Shown here in pieces: positions 24,748 through 38,100 of a stretch of DNA of 64,000 bases. The DNA is from Euprymna scolopes (Eukaryota), in the NCBI GenBank assembly GCA_053919585.1, contig CM132822.1. One strand, given 5' to 3'. The number at the start of each line of letters is the position of its first letter. Position 1 is the first letter of the stretch. The notes under the pieces are model-generated. The model did no database searches. It had not been told where the DNA came from and saw only the letters and a list, made by a program, of their open reading frames with translations. The position numbers and the translations under genes are program-made.

Positions 24748-25335
24748 TTATATATGTATAAAAGTGAGAATGTGTGTGAGGACACTTCTCAACCCATATA
24801 CTCAACGAATTTTTTATCTACAGACTTGCGATTTCGTATATAGGATAATCAGACATGTTTAGAATGTTTAAATCGGTTTTCATCCGGAAAAACGGCTGCT
24901 AAGAAAATCAGTATGTGAGGTTGGTCGAATTTTTTCTGTTTTAAGCTGTTTCACGAATGCCCAAGCGCGGCCATGAAACATGGCAATTTCTTTCTGTTAA
25001 AAATAAGAAGATTTGAAAACATTTTGTAATGGTCGTCTTAAGCTGGCCTAATGGTTATCGTAATGAACTTACTCTCTTTAGGATTTGGTTTCGATCTCAG
25101 CTCGAGTATTTTTTTACTTACAAGAAATGAACTTTTTAGAAAAAAACATAATACTCGCATGCACATGTTTCAGTTTCTTTCCGTTTTTTTTTTTTACTTC
25201 ATTTTTTTAAAAGGAATTTAACGTTATGTTTAATAGCTACGGTATTTCTGTTTATAATAAATAAGAATTCTGCATTAATTAAAATATAATATTTATGCGT
25301 ATTTTACGACCGGGCAACGCCAGGTGGCATGCTAG
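24748..25335 (+). mobile_element. Non-autonomous Helitron copy with an internal tRNA-like segment
   Basis: 5' TATATGTATAAAAGTGA...GTGTG; 3' CCGGGCAACGCCAGG...GCTAG|T; internal TGGCCTAATGG...GGTTTCGATC at ~25044-25100. Confidence 0.7.
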
Positions 25336-25497
25336 TATAATAATAAAGAGGGTTTACTTTAACTTCAACCTTGATCCTCTCAACTTGATATCTTACTCAC
25401 TGAGCTCGTCAGATATATTTTAATACTCTGCGTCCATTATGACAATGTTTATTTCTATTTCAACTTATCTGTAGTTGTTTATTGTTCGTCAATTATG

Positions 25498-25514
25498 TTG
25501 ATTGTTGTTGTTGT

Positions 25515-25568
<54 letters not shown>

Positions 25569-25572
25569 CAGT
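25498..25572. repeat. (TTG)n-(TAG)n microsatellite
   Basis: Seen directly. Confidence 0.95.
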
Positions 25573-26049
25573 AGAGTAGTATTTTACTATGATTATTATT
25601 ATTTTATCGTTAGTACTAATATTATTATTAGTTTTATTATTAGTTTTTCTATTATCATTGCTGTCGTCATCGTCATGGTCATCAATTAAAGTAGATTAAT
25701 GTAATTATCAGCAAATCTGACCGTTGTCTCTTCCTATTATCGATGAATTGAAAGTTCATGATTAGAAATGAACGATTTCTGTGAAAACTAAAATTACTTC
25801 GTTAATCTAATCACGTGACGAGATGAAAACTGCTCTGAACCAGAATGTTCAAAGTTCTTGTTAAATAACATTCTTTCAATTTGAATTGCTTTTATATTCG
25901 CTAAAAAAAAAAAAGTATCATAGAATGTGTGGTTTAGTTTTAAAACGATTTTTAAATAATTCCCACAATTGTAAAAATAATGAAAATCATAAAAATAATG
26001 AACAGTTATAATGGTGATTGTTATAATGTGAAGTTGATCTGTCCTATTC

Positions 26050-26730
26050 GTGAATATATGAACTCTTCAAGACACTAATGCAAAGAGGCTTTTATGATGC
26101 ACTCTCGTCGCAACTCAAGTGATTTAGAAACTGCTAAGACTTAGTCTTGGCATTTTTGCCCTCGAGACTAAAGCCAACAAAATCTAAGTAATTTCTTAAA
26201 TGACTTTTACCTTTTGATTGTGCTGATCTTGTGAAGTTCTTGAAGGCCCGTCCTCCCAGGCTTTGCCCTTTTTCTTTGAGAATGATTAGTTTATTGCTAA
26301 CCGCTTGAGGCGTCCCTACTGAAAAATGCTAACATGGTTGCCCAAGTATTTTTGCGTGCTAGAGTGTTTTTTTCCGAAGGAGGGGGAGTTAGCTCTTAAA
26401 TCCCAGTTGCTGAGCGTGTCTAATCTTCATTAAAAGGAGACAAATATCAATTATTGACTGCTAAATACCAGTCGAGAATCCCTTCTCGGCAATCTGTCCG
26501 ACAAAAACTAGGCAATTTCGATGGCCTTTTATTTCTCAGGCTAGGGTATTTGTTCTGGATAGCCCTAGGAAATCTATCTTCTAAGTCGTGTCTTTCCTTT
26601 TTATTATGGCAAAGTTAATTTATTGTTAACTGCCTGAGGTACCCCGACTGCGAAATGATGACAGGGCTGCAGAGGCAATTTTTTAAAGGCCAGGTGGCTT
26701 CTGCTTTAATTGCGCTGATTTGATTGTTTC
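26050..26730 (-). mobile_element. Highly decayed non-LTR RT remnant
   Basis: Residual QLKQKPPG, EKGF..G and LRRECII motifs in RT order; many stops. Confidence 0.3.
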
Positions 26731-28451
26731 CACAGTGTCCCATGTTCTGTGATTGGAAGTAAATTGCCTCTGAAACATAATTTTCTTACATTTCTCTAAA
26801 TACGCAATCTCGTAAGTATACCACCGCATTGTCTTATTTATTATCGGCCCTTCACGACCAGAGCAGTAATCAGATTTAAAGAATTCAAAATAATCTGGCT
26901 CTCTCAATCGTTCAAATGGCAACCTCTTAAATAAATAGTATCATTTTATTACCTCTCATCTAAGGGGAGGGTCTAAGTTTTGTGATATCACAATCAAATA
27001 TGTGTTTGCTATCGAGTGCAAATCAATATGTCATAAGCAGTATAAGTGAATCATGCCTCGTGTATACAGCCAACGCTCATTCCTAAACGACAATTCATTC
27101 AACATCGGCTCTCGTCGTTCTCTGATGGCTTCCTGTAATGTGTTTCCATATTATTTTCCGTGCATCTTAAGATATAAGAGAAAAAATTTAAAGTATAAAA
27201 AAAATGATTAGAAAATTTACACATAAAAACATATTCGTAAATAAAAGATAACATTTTTTATCAAAATAATGAAAATTTTTAAGTTTAAAACGAAACAAAC
27301 ACACAAATGATTATTGCACGTCAGAAATAACAAATTAAACATTAAATAAATTAAAAAATACTAAAGGAACTAATTTGCATATGAGAGACTGCGTTAAGAA
27401 GGGCGAATTATTGAGAACAGCGAGTCAGGTGTTTGGCAGCGAAGAGAGCACGTCGAAGATGACCGTCCGTATAAATTACGACGTCAAGGAAAAGATTGCT
27501 GCCATTTTCTATTTAGATTACAAAACTATAAAATGTACAAGTCAGACAATAATAAGGAACTTGTATACATTTGCTAGTGTTAATTTATTGTTAATATTCA
27601 GTAAATAAAAAATATGAGAATATGATGCAATATATTTGAGAACTGTGACATAGTTTTGGTTACAGACGTGCAGACATTAAATCTCCAGTGGATTTTCTTT
27701 ATTCATTTTAATTATTTTTTGCGTACAAAGTTATGTACGAGAGTCGTTCCATAAGTAAGGTCTGTTTTTACTCATAACTTAACGCGTTGAGGAGCCACGT
27801 AGACAGGAATGGCACCATTGAAATAAACGATCTTTTGTGTATTTCAAATAGTCACCAGCATTCTCAATGGACTTTTGCCAGTTTTTTATACATCGGTCTT
27901 TACGAGCGTGGTTTGTCACTCACATCTGTCACCACTCTGAAATCGATGAACCTATCTCCTAACTGTGCTAACATTAGATACATCGGGTTCGTAAACCTCT
28001 AACAAGTGCTGATGAATGTTTAATTTTTTTGCATAAATGAATTTAATGATGCATCTCTGCTTCTAACACACGTCTATGACAGGGGTTGCTTTCATGGAGG
28101 CTCACACCGTCAATATCTGCAACAGATATATGAATCTTTCATAAACTAATTCAGTCATCGTAAGAATGCAAGTTGAAATTTCCTTCTGATCCATTCTGGT
28201 GGAATAAAATAGGAGGTATTACTTTTTGAACAACCATCCTATATAAACAAGATTATTTGTAAATGTTTAACAATTAACTGAAATGTGAGACGAGATTTTA
28301 AAAAAAATCGATTGTACTACACAGAAAACAAGAAAAGGGCATTTATTAATATTTTCTCGCTAGTTTAGCAGTACAAACTCACATAAATCTAATATTATAA
28401 AAAAAAACAATCATTTTGTGGTCGTGTATTCGCATCTAGCCATGATAAGTC

Positions 28452-28490
28452 ATGCTGATGAGTTGTAGTAACGGCGAAATACGTGTTCGT
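28452..28490 (+). ncRNA. Stand-alone minimal hammerhead ribozyme candidate
   Basis: AUG-CUGAUGA-GUUGU(AGUA)ACGGC-GAAA-UACGUG-UU-CGU; full core, 5-bp stem II, quasi-palindromic stem III. Confidence 0.55.
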
Positions 28491-28584
28491 CAATAACCAT
28501 TTCATATATATACATATAGTTTATTAATAAATATTAAGAATGTTTTTTATTTATTTTTATTACTTTTATACATGTATACTCCTC

Positions 28585-28587
<3 letters not shown>

Positions 28588-28656
<69 letters not shown>
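28588..28656. repeat. (TA)n-(GATA)n microsatellite
   Basis: Seen directly. Confidence 0.95.
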
Positions 28657-28657
<1 letters not shown>

Positions 28658-29012
28658 TATGCTAATTTAGTATTTATAGATACTTATTTCCCCCTAAATC
28701 GTGTGTTAATTTCTGATGGCCTGGAAGTAAAATATTGGCCTACAAGTCAAAATGCAGATTTTTTTGTTACTTTAAGAAAAAAAAGATATTTTGGTTATTA
28801 AACCATAAAATATAATTTTTTTTTTAATTTTGATTCATTCAATCAGTGGAAATACCTTTACCACTATTTATTAATATATTAGCGTGATAAATGAGAATGA
28901 TAACACCCACCCCCCACTAAGAAATATGTGTAGGTGAGTTCATCTTGATATTGGGTAGTTCCAAGTATGTAAATCCTTTCTTGAAACGATGTATTTATGT
29001 TTTTCTTTGCAG

Positions 29013-29345
29013 AGTTTGACCACTTCGTTCCCAATAATGAGTGGGATGTGGAAAAGACAACGACTGCCAGCTTCAAGTCTAGTCATATATCCAAGGGTGA
29101 TGACCGAAGATATTATAGCCATGCGGCTTTTACTTTGAAAATGAAAAGACGCCGTACTTACCACCTGGTGTCCACGTACATCCCATTTGTATTGCTGGCT
29201 TTACTCAATCTGGCCGCCCACGTGGTCCCTGTTATGTCCGGAGAAAAACTCATGTTGGCTACGACCACCCTGCTCGCTTATGCCGTATTGCTCAACGATA
29301 TTAATCGAAAGTTACCAGGAAATTCCGCTACGACCTCTGTCCTCG
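29013..29345 (+). CDS. Internal exon of a Cys-loop ligand-gated ion channel (nAChR-like, non-alpha): end of extracellular domain, TM1, TM2, TM2-3 loop
   Basis: Acceptor TTTTCTTTGCAG| at 29012, donor G|GTCAGT at 29345; 333 bp, phase 1-1, no stops; F..NNEWDV...FTLKMKRR..YH....IP..LL..LN.....VP..SGEK....TTLLAYAV......LP..S. Confidence 0.92.
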
Positions 29346-29869
29346 GTCAGTCATAATATTTTTGTCTTTCTTTTCTTCCTTCTTTCTTTTTCATCTCATT
29401 GTTTTTGTTTTTTTTTGTTTGATTTTTTTTTTGTTTTTTTTTTGTTTTTTTTACTTTCTTGTTTTCGTTTTAATGGCTTCTCTTTAATGACATTACACAT
29501 TTTACAGGTGAAACAAAATTACGATTCAATCAAAATTTTGTAAAGAAAATCGAAAGAGCCAAATATAATATACAAAATTAAGTCGATAGGCGTAAATAGT
29601 TCAAGTCGCTATTTAATTTTTCATAGCAAATTTATCATCTCCTTCCACAATGTTATTTGAAACAAAGTAATGTATTTTGCTTTAATTTCTTTCGGAAAAA
29701 TACTTAATCCTGCCAAGAATTACTTTTAAATGGAAGAATTTTCATTTATGATCTAAATAAAAGTGGCTGCTTACGAAATTAAAAAAAAAAGTTTTATTTC
29801 AATTTACAAGTAATTAAGATTTCTTATTCAATTTTTCTGTGAACCATTGAATATTTTAAAAGATCTATC

Positions 29870-30085
29870 CACTTTATTTGGATTCTTCAGACTGCTGTTC
29901 TCATCTGGAGTTTTATTTTCAGATTGTTTCAGTCGATATAATCTCCGACCTTCTTCAGGTGTATCTGGTCAAACTCGGGAATCTTTCTGTCAAACTCGGA
30001 AATCTTTCTGTCAAACTGAGAAATCTACACGGAATTTCAAACGGAAACGGCTCTAATTCCGTTATCTACGATTGGTTAGAAGGCA
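29870..30085 (-). mobile_element. Hammerhead-tailed SINE family, 3' part (copy a)
   Basis: Minus: ACAC-CTGAAGA-A-GGTCG-GAGATTATAT-CGACT-GAAA-CAAT; tandem AGATTCCCGAGTTTGAC sub-repeats. Confidence 0.7.
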
Positions 30086-30500
30086 TAAGTAATTATTTGT
30101 ATACTTCGAACTACTGTTCTCATTTTGAGTGTTACGGTCGATATTACCTCCGACCTTCTTATCAAACGGGAATTTTTCAGTTAAAATCAGGAATCTGCAC
30201 AAAATTTCGAACGTAATCCTTTATTTAATTCATGGGGTTTACATGTTTTCATCCCGTCAGCTATGACTGGTTAGAAGTCTTAAATAATTCGCAATTGTAC
30301 TTTGGGTGTCGATCGCACTGAGAATTTAACCTTCAACCTCCAGAAGAGTGTAAATCACAACTGAATTTTGCTAAGTAGTTTATCCACTACGCCAAGAGTG
30401 GACAAGATACACCTGAAGAAGACCGGAAGTTACAACGTTCTAAAATAACACTCAACATAAAAACATTTGTCCAAATAATACGAATAATACGAATAATAAA
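30086..30500 (-). mobile_element. Hammerhead-tailed SINE family with inverted 5' arm (copy b)
   Basis: Head TGGCGTAGTGGATAAACTAC on minus at ~30375-30394; plus-strand tail copy GACAAGATACACCTGAAGAAG... from ~30400. Confidence 0.75.
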
Positions 30501-30644
30501 TCGACATCTCAAAAATTCAGAAACGAAAGAAATCTATCCACTATTGTCTCATTCCCTTTTCCCTAACACTGTCGTCTTAAACAGAGCGATAGATTCTCTC
30601 ATATTATTTTAATTATTTGGATTATTGTGCTCATCTTAGATGTT

Positions 30645-30826
30645 ATTCTAACAACGTTTCAGCCGATGTAACTTTTTTCTCGGTTTAGTTTTTCTAACAA
30701 CGTTTCGGCCGATGTAACCTTTTTATCGGTTTAGTTTTTCTAACAACGTTTCGGCCTATGTAACTTTTTTCTCGGTTTAGTTTTTCTAACAACGTTTCGG
30801 CCGATGTAACCTTTTTATCGGTTTAA
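30645..30826. repeat. 46-bp tandem repeat (x4) derived from the 3' half of the SINE hammerhead
   Basis: CTAACAACGTTTCGGCCGATGTAAC...; reverse complement contains CATCGGCCGAAACGTTG. Confidence 0.85.
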
Positions 30827-31119
30827 TTTATTCTTGACTTTAGATCGACATTTTTTTCATTTCATATCACCGTCTTTTCTTAATTGCTTTTACACATTCT
30901 TAAACTCAAAATTCAATTCGAACTGGATACAGAGATTCGTATACTGTTTGTCGTGTAGCTTTATGAGGTGCAATCAAGAACCAATCAGAATCAAGATAAT
31001 GAGTTCACCAAATTACACGTAGCTTTTATCAGACAAAGTGTTTTATTTCTTATATCTTTTTTTTTCTTGCTTATTTTTTTTTTGTTGATTTTTTTTACTA
31101 TTCTATACAAATATTTTAT

Positions 31120-31540
31120 ATTACTTTGTTTCTTCGGGCTACAGTTCTCATTTTTGGTGTTATTTTTAGAACGATATAACATTAGATCTTCTTCAGGTGA
31201 ATCTTGTCGAACTTAGGAATCTTTCTGTCAAACTCCGAAATCTGCATCGTAATTCGAGCAGAATCCTTTATTTAATCTACGGGGGTAAAATGATCTTGTT
31301 CCGTCAGCCATGACTGAGTAGAAATCCTAAGTAATTCGCAATTTTATTTTTACTGTTGCCCGCACTGAACACTGAATCTTCAACCTCAAGAAGAGTGTCA
31401 CCTATAAAGGCATTTATCAAGTACTATATCCATTACGCCACGGATCCTTGCAAAAAGATTCCCGAGTTCGACATCGACCAAAACGTTGTGAAAATAACAC
31501 TCAAATTCCGAAGAATCCAAAGCCGAATATTAATCCTCGT
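31120..31540 (-). mobile_element. Hammerhead-tailed SINE family with inverted 5' arm (copy c)
   Basis: Head GCAAGGATCCGTGGCGTAATGG on minus starting at 31451; plus-strand tail ...ATCGACCAAAACGTTGTGAAAATAACACTC from 31452. Confidence 0.75.
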
Positions 31541-32424
31541 CTCCAAAATTCAGAAACAAAATATTGTTGTATTCATTTTCTTGTTTTTAAATCGCATTTT
31601 TTTTTTATATACATTTCCATTTTTTTTTTTTTTTTTTTTGTCATTGTTAGTCATCCTATTTTTATATTTTTTATTCCTAAAGGACGGGTAAAATGAATTT
31701 CTCGAACAAAATGCATAAAATCTTTATTTTAATTTTCACGTTATGGATTTTGATTAAAGAAGATTTATAAGTTTGCAAAGATTATCGAAAAAGGTGGACA
31801 ATATTGGAAATCTCGGGAAGCTTTGTTGTCACCCAGACTCTAGGGAACATCACTATCAATGGGTAATCTCTAATGATGACCCTAGTGAGAAGTCTTAGTC
31901 AGTACAAAAAAAAAAAAATAATAATAATAGCAGCAGCAGACATTTTACTATTTCAATACGATCGTTATCACCTGTTTCATAGATTCACTCATTGTTAAGC
32001 AATTTATATTTGATGTCGCTAAAGTTTTAAATGAATTACTTTCGCTTCATTTTTAGTTTTGATTCTAAATTAGATCTGTCAGTAAGTTATTTTGCTTTAC
32101 TTTAAACACGTTTTGCAGTCGCCGCCCTCTCTAGTAGAGATTGACATTAAAGAAATAAAAATGATAGAAATTATAGGAAATATAAATATGAGAGAGATTA
32201 ATAAGTAGTTACAGGTGGTAACACTGTACAACTAAAACGTCTAACGCTAACCCTAAAATTCATAAATTGACAAGTTGTGCAATGGCTAAAGTGTAAATAG
32301 ATGCAGTTCTACGTAATATTTTTTTCTAGGTTGATGTTAACTATTCAGTACAAACAATACTAAGAATATAATTTAAAATTATTACAAATTTCTATCAGGT
32401 TGTAATTTATGGAACAAAAATAAT

Positions 32425-32585
32425 CTACTCCCGTGAATTATGTATAGGGTTCAGTTCGAAATTCAGTACTGATTCCCAAGGCTGACAGAAACATTCTCGA
32501 ATTTGACAAGACGCACCTGGGAAAGAATGGGGGATTTCATCGGTCGAAATATTGTGGGAATAAAGTAGTCTAAATAATCCAAGTA
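32425..32585 (+). mobile_element. Decayed 3' fragment of the same SINE family
   Basis: GACAAGACGCACCTG...CATCGGTCGAAATATTGTG. Confidence 0.55.
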
Positions 32586-34269
32586 ATACAAATTATCATT
32601 TCTGATTTCAACAATTTCGATAAAGAAAAGGGGATTTAAAAGATTTGCTCAGCACCAATTAAGATGAGATCATTACGTGCATCTAATGTCAGAATGTCAG
32701 AGCTGAAATTGACCTAACTCATCCTTTACATTAAGAAACCACATAAGCAGACATCGTAAAACTCACATCACCGTCATTCTCCGAACATCTCATTCTAACC
32801 TAAGTTCGCGTCGTCTGCTACGAATAAATAATGTTGAAACACATCTTTCTCCTTTCTATCTTTTCTGTAGTTAAGCAATGTTGAGTCTTGTAGCTACTTA
32901 AATGAGTATTTGAAACCACCGGTGCCGTAAGCAGCACTCCATTCAGGTGTATAATTAAGTTGCTCGGAGGATAACTGCGGACAGACTGATGTTCTAACAT
33001 GAATTTTAATCTATCTGTTTCGTTTGCACATTTTAAAATTGGCAACAGGCATTTTGAGGATATTTGGAACTCGCTTTCAAATTTCCACTCCTCCTTCGAA
33101 AGGCCGGCTCTCTTTCTGTCTTGAATTCCCTTCACCCATGATTAATTCTGCCATTTGTTAGTTGTCACTATTCGACCACACAAAAGTTGACCACTCGGAT
33201 ATCCACCGAAGATAACGACCAAAGTCTCTCTTCTAAGGAGTTTACCTGCAGATAATTTTGGGTATTGCTTTTTCTTTTCTTTTTTTTCAAAAGGCCGGTC
33301 CCATCAGGACTCCCTATCCAATGAGATACTTACTTCACTTCAACCAAAGAAAACATCAGTTGCTTGACGGACTACAACCAGATATTTTAAATTCTCTGCG
33401 CCCCCGTTTCTTCCCTTGCTCAAGGCTCTATCTTCTACATCGTCTGCCACTCGAATGCATCACTGGAACACTTAGAATGTTTTGTGCAGCAGCAGCCATA
33501 TGCCAATGACCGAGCTAGTGTGCGCTGTGACTTCATGGCAGAGATTAAAAAAAAGCACACGTGTTCGAAGATACAAGTGTTTGGAGAAGTGACGTTCGAG
33601 ACGTGCCGAGAGAAGCGTGTCTTCGAGACGCGTGGGTGGCGTCAGAGCAGAGAAGAAAAGTCACATGCGACCGGAAAAGAAATGAACTTTGTAAACATTC
33701 AGAAAAATGTGTTGTTGAAAATACCAGATATAAAAGCCTTTGTTAAAAAAGAAAATGAGTCGAGTTATTTTCCTTTTTTCTGTTTCCTTGCGCCTGAGTT
33801 TACAACGTGCTGGGTCCGTTAAAATGTAATGGCAACGTTTAAAAAAAGTGTACAATGTTACACAATCCCCTCTGCGGTGTGCTTGATCAAGATTTAGCCT
33901 CAATCATCAATATCGAGTCTGGTGCGAAATACTTTGATTTTTACTAAATAAGCAGACAAAAATATCAGTAACAAAATGTTCCAGAATAATACATTTATCA
34001 TATTTTCATTTTGTTGAACTTTTATAATATTAATTACGGTAGAACATAAGCAAGAATATTTCTACTAATATTCCTTTACACAAAATTTCTTTTTTAATGA
34101 GTATATAAAATTATGCAAATGTGATAATGGCAGAAATTTTTGTAAACTACTTTCAATCTATAGGTGAACGGGATGTTAGTGTTTAATGCTGAAAAGAGTA
34201 CGCTTCTTTCCTTTAACAACTACAACCTTATCAACCACTGATTGTGATGGCAAACAACACCTTACCCGA

Positions 34270-34620
34270 AGGCTACTCCTTCAAACTCGTTGGTTAAACA
34301 TTCATAGGCAACATGAATTGGAGCGACTACATGAAAGACATTGCCAAGGTTGCTGCAAATAATGTGGGGTTCCTCTATTATGCTAGAAAATTACATCTTT
34401 ACAAATCTACGATTTGCTCCTGCGTGGAGTATTTGGGTTGGTGCATATATTACTAGTCTTTCACTCTTAGGCAGGATTCAAAAAGAGTTTCAAATTTAAT
34501 AGTTTCCGCACTAGCAACCAAGCTCAATCTCTCTCCCATCGTCACAATATTACAGCCCTGTGCCTGTTCTACAAGTACTTTAATGCAATGTACTCCGATG
34601 AACGTATAGCATACTCCCGA
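34270..34620 (+). mobile_element. Decayed CR1/Zenon-like fragment
   Basis: Nucleotide homology to 18800-19210 (CTTCAAACT..TTGGT, GTGGAGTATT, CCCATCG). Confidence 0.7.
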
Positions 34621-35108
34621 CAAACCATGCGGCATCCGTTAGCGACGGTATGACCAGAATTCACCTCCTAAGCCACTAAAGGGCTGATTATCGATGAAGG
34701 AGTTTTTCGACAGCTTTATTAACGATTGATATTTCTGAAGATCGACGTCACTATTCATTTTTTCGACGATCTACTAATGGTATTGTGACAATATACGTCG
34801 TAGTAACGAGACATGTGTGACAATCTAGTGATACTAGAACAGATAATCGGGAGATAGTAGCGTCCTGCCCTAAAATGCACCAAATATTTATCTTTTCGGC
34901 TTTCCCTTTGCAAAACTCAATTATGTTCTGCAAGGTCAGTGAATAGATATTTAAAGATATAAAAGATTGGACGCATGAAAACTTTTTCCAAAATTACTGG
35001 ATTCGGTATTAATTCATCTAAGTGGTGTTTTAGTACAGGCGTTGACTTTCCATCTCTTTGCTCGAGGCATTCATGAATTTATTGTTCCTCATCATTCAGA
35101 ACCGATTT

Positions 35109-38100
35109 TGGCATTAAATAATTCAGGTGTTGATATTAAATAATTCAGGTATTGACATTGAATAATTCAGGTGTTGATATTAAATAATTCAGGTATTGAC
35201 ATTGAATAATTCAGGTGTTGATATTAAATAATTCAGGTGTTGATATTAAATAATTCAGGTGTTGGCATTAAATAATTCAGGTGTTGACATTAAATAATTC
35301 ATGTGTTGATATTAAATAATTCAGGTGTTGACATTAAATAATTCAGGTGTTGGCATTAAATAATTCATGTGTTGACATTAAATAATTCAGGTGTTGACAT
35401 TAAATAATTCAGGTATTGATATTAAATAATTCACGTGTTGACATTAAATAATTCAGGTGTTGACATTAAATAATTCAGGTGTTGATATTAAATAATTCAG
35501 GTGTTGACATTAAATAATTCAGGTGTTGATATTAAATAATTCAGGTGTTGACATTCAATAATTCAGGTGTTGACATTAAATAATTCAGGTGTTGATATTA
35601 AATAATTCAGGTGTTGGCATTAAATAATTCAGGTGTTGACATTAAATAATTCAGGTATTGATATTAAATAATTCAGGTGTTGACATTAAATAATTCAGGT
35701 GTTGACATTAAATAATTCAGGTGTTGATATTAAATAATTCAGGTGTTGGCATTAAATAATTCATGTGTTGACATTAAATAATTCAGGTGTTGACATTAAA
35801 TAATTCGAAAGTGTTGGCATTAAATAATTCGAAAGTGTTGATATTAAATAATTCGAAAGTGTTGACATTAAATAATTCGAAAGTGTTGATATTAAATAAT
35901 TCGAAAGTGTTGACATTAAATAATTCGAAAGTGTTGACATTAAATAATTCAGGTGTTGGCATTAAATAATTCAAGTGTTGACATTAAATAATTCGAAAGT
36001 GTTGATATTAAATTATTCAGGTGTTGACATTAAATAATTCGAAAGTGTTGACATTAAATAATTCGAAAGTGTTGATATTAAATAATTCGAAAGTGTTGAT
36101 ATTAAATAATTCGAAAGTGTTGATATTAAATAATTCGAAAGTGTTGACATTAAATAATTCAGGTGTTGACATTAAATAATTCGAAAGTGTTGATATTAAA
36201 TAATTCGAAAGTGTTGACATTAAATAATTCGAAAGTGTTGACATTAAATAATTCGAAAGTGTTGACATTAAATAATTCGAAAGTGTTGACATTAAATAAT
36301 TCGAAAGTGTTGATATTAAATAATTCGAAAGTGTTGATATTAAATAATTCAGGTGTTGACATTAAATAATTCAGGTGTTTACATTAAATAATTCGAAAGT
36401 GTTGATATTAAATAATTCGAAAGTGTTGATATTAAATAATTCGAAAGTGTTGACATTAAATAATTCGAAAGTGTTGATATTAAATAATTCGAAAGTGTTG
36501 ACATTAAATAATTCGAAAGTGTTGATATTAAATAATTCGAAAGTGTTGACATTAAATAATTCGAAAGTGTTGATATTAAATAATTCGAAAGTGTTGATAT
36601 TAAATAATTCGAAAGTGTGTACATTAAATAATTCGAAAGTGTTGACATTAAATAATTCATGTGTTTACATTAAATAATTCGAAAGTGTTGATATTAAATA
36701 ATTCGAAAGTGTTGATATTAAATAATTCGAAAGTGTTGACATTAAATAATTCGAAAGTGTTGATATTAAATAATTCGAAAGTGTTGATATTAAATAATTC
36801 GAAAGTGTTGACATTAAATAATTCGAAAGTGTTGATATTAAATAATTCGAAAGTGTTGACATTAAATAATTCGAAAGTGTTGACATTAAATAATTCGAAA
36901 GTGTTGACATTAAATAATTCGAAAGTGTTGACATTAAATAATTCGAAAGTGTTGATATTAAATAATTCGAAAGTGTTGACATTAAATAATTCGAAAGTGT
37001 TGATATTAAATAATTCGAAAGTGTTGATATTAAATAATTCAGGTGTTGACATTAAATAATTCAGGTGTTTACATTAAATAATTCGAAAGTGTTGATATTA
37101 AATAATTCGAAAGTGTTGATATTAAATAATTCGAAAGTGTTGACATTAAATAATTCGAAAGTGTTGATATTAAATAATTCGAAAGTGTTGACATTAAATA
37201 ATTCGAAAGTGTTGATATTAAATAATTCGAAAGTGTTGACATTAAATAATTCGAAAGTGTTCATATTAAATAATTCGAAAGTGTTGATATTAAATAATTC
37301 GAAAGTGTTGACATTAAATAATTCGAAAGTGTTGACATTAAATAATTCAGGTGTTTACATTAAATAATTCGAAAGTGTTGATATTAAATAATTCGAAAGT
37401 GTTGATATTAAATAATTCGAAAGTGTTGATATTAAATAATTCGAAAGTGTTGACATTAAATAATTCGAAAGTGTTGATATTAAATAATTCGAAAGTGTTG
37501 ATATTAAATAATTCGAAAGTGTTGACATTAAATAATTCGAAAGTGTTGATATTAAATAATTCGAAAGTGTTGACATTAAATAATTCGAAAGTGTTGATAT
37601 TAAATAATTCGAAAGTGTTGGCATTAAATAATTCGAAAGTGTTGATATTAAATAATTCGAAAGTGTTGACATTAAATAATTCGAAAGTGTTGATATTAAA
37701 TAATTCGAAAGTGTTGATATTAAATAATTCGAAGTGTTGATATTAAATAATTCGAAAGTGTTGGCATTAAATAATTCGAAAGTGTTGACATTAAATAATT
37801 CGAAAGTGTTGACATTAAATAATTCGAAAGTGTTGACATTAAATAATTCAAGTGTTGACATTAAATAATTCGAAAGTGTTGATATTAAATAATTCGAAAG
37901 TGTTGACATTAAATAATTCGAAAGTGCTGATATTAAATAATTCGAAAGTTTTGACATTAAATAATTCGAAAGTGTTGACATTAAATAATTCGAAAGTGTT
38001 GACATTAAATAATTCGAAAGTGTTGACATTAAATAATTCGACAGTGTTGACATTAAATAATTCGAAAGTGTTGACATTAAATAATTCGAAAGTGTTGACA

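Noticed and set aside
27375-27608. Candidate additional channel exon (VVIYTDG on minus)
   Set aside because: Wrong strand relative to the 29013 exon, in-frame stop nearby and no Cys-loop motif.
33484-33822. GC-richer ORF as the TM3/intracellular-loop exon
   Set aside because: No hydrophobic TM3 segment or suitable phase-1 acceptor recognised.
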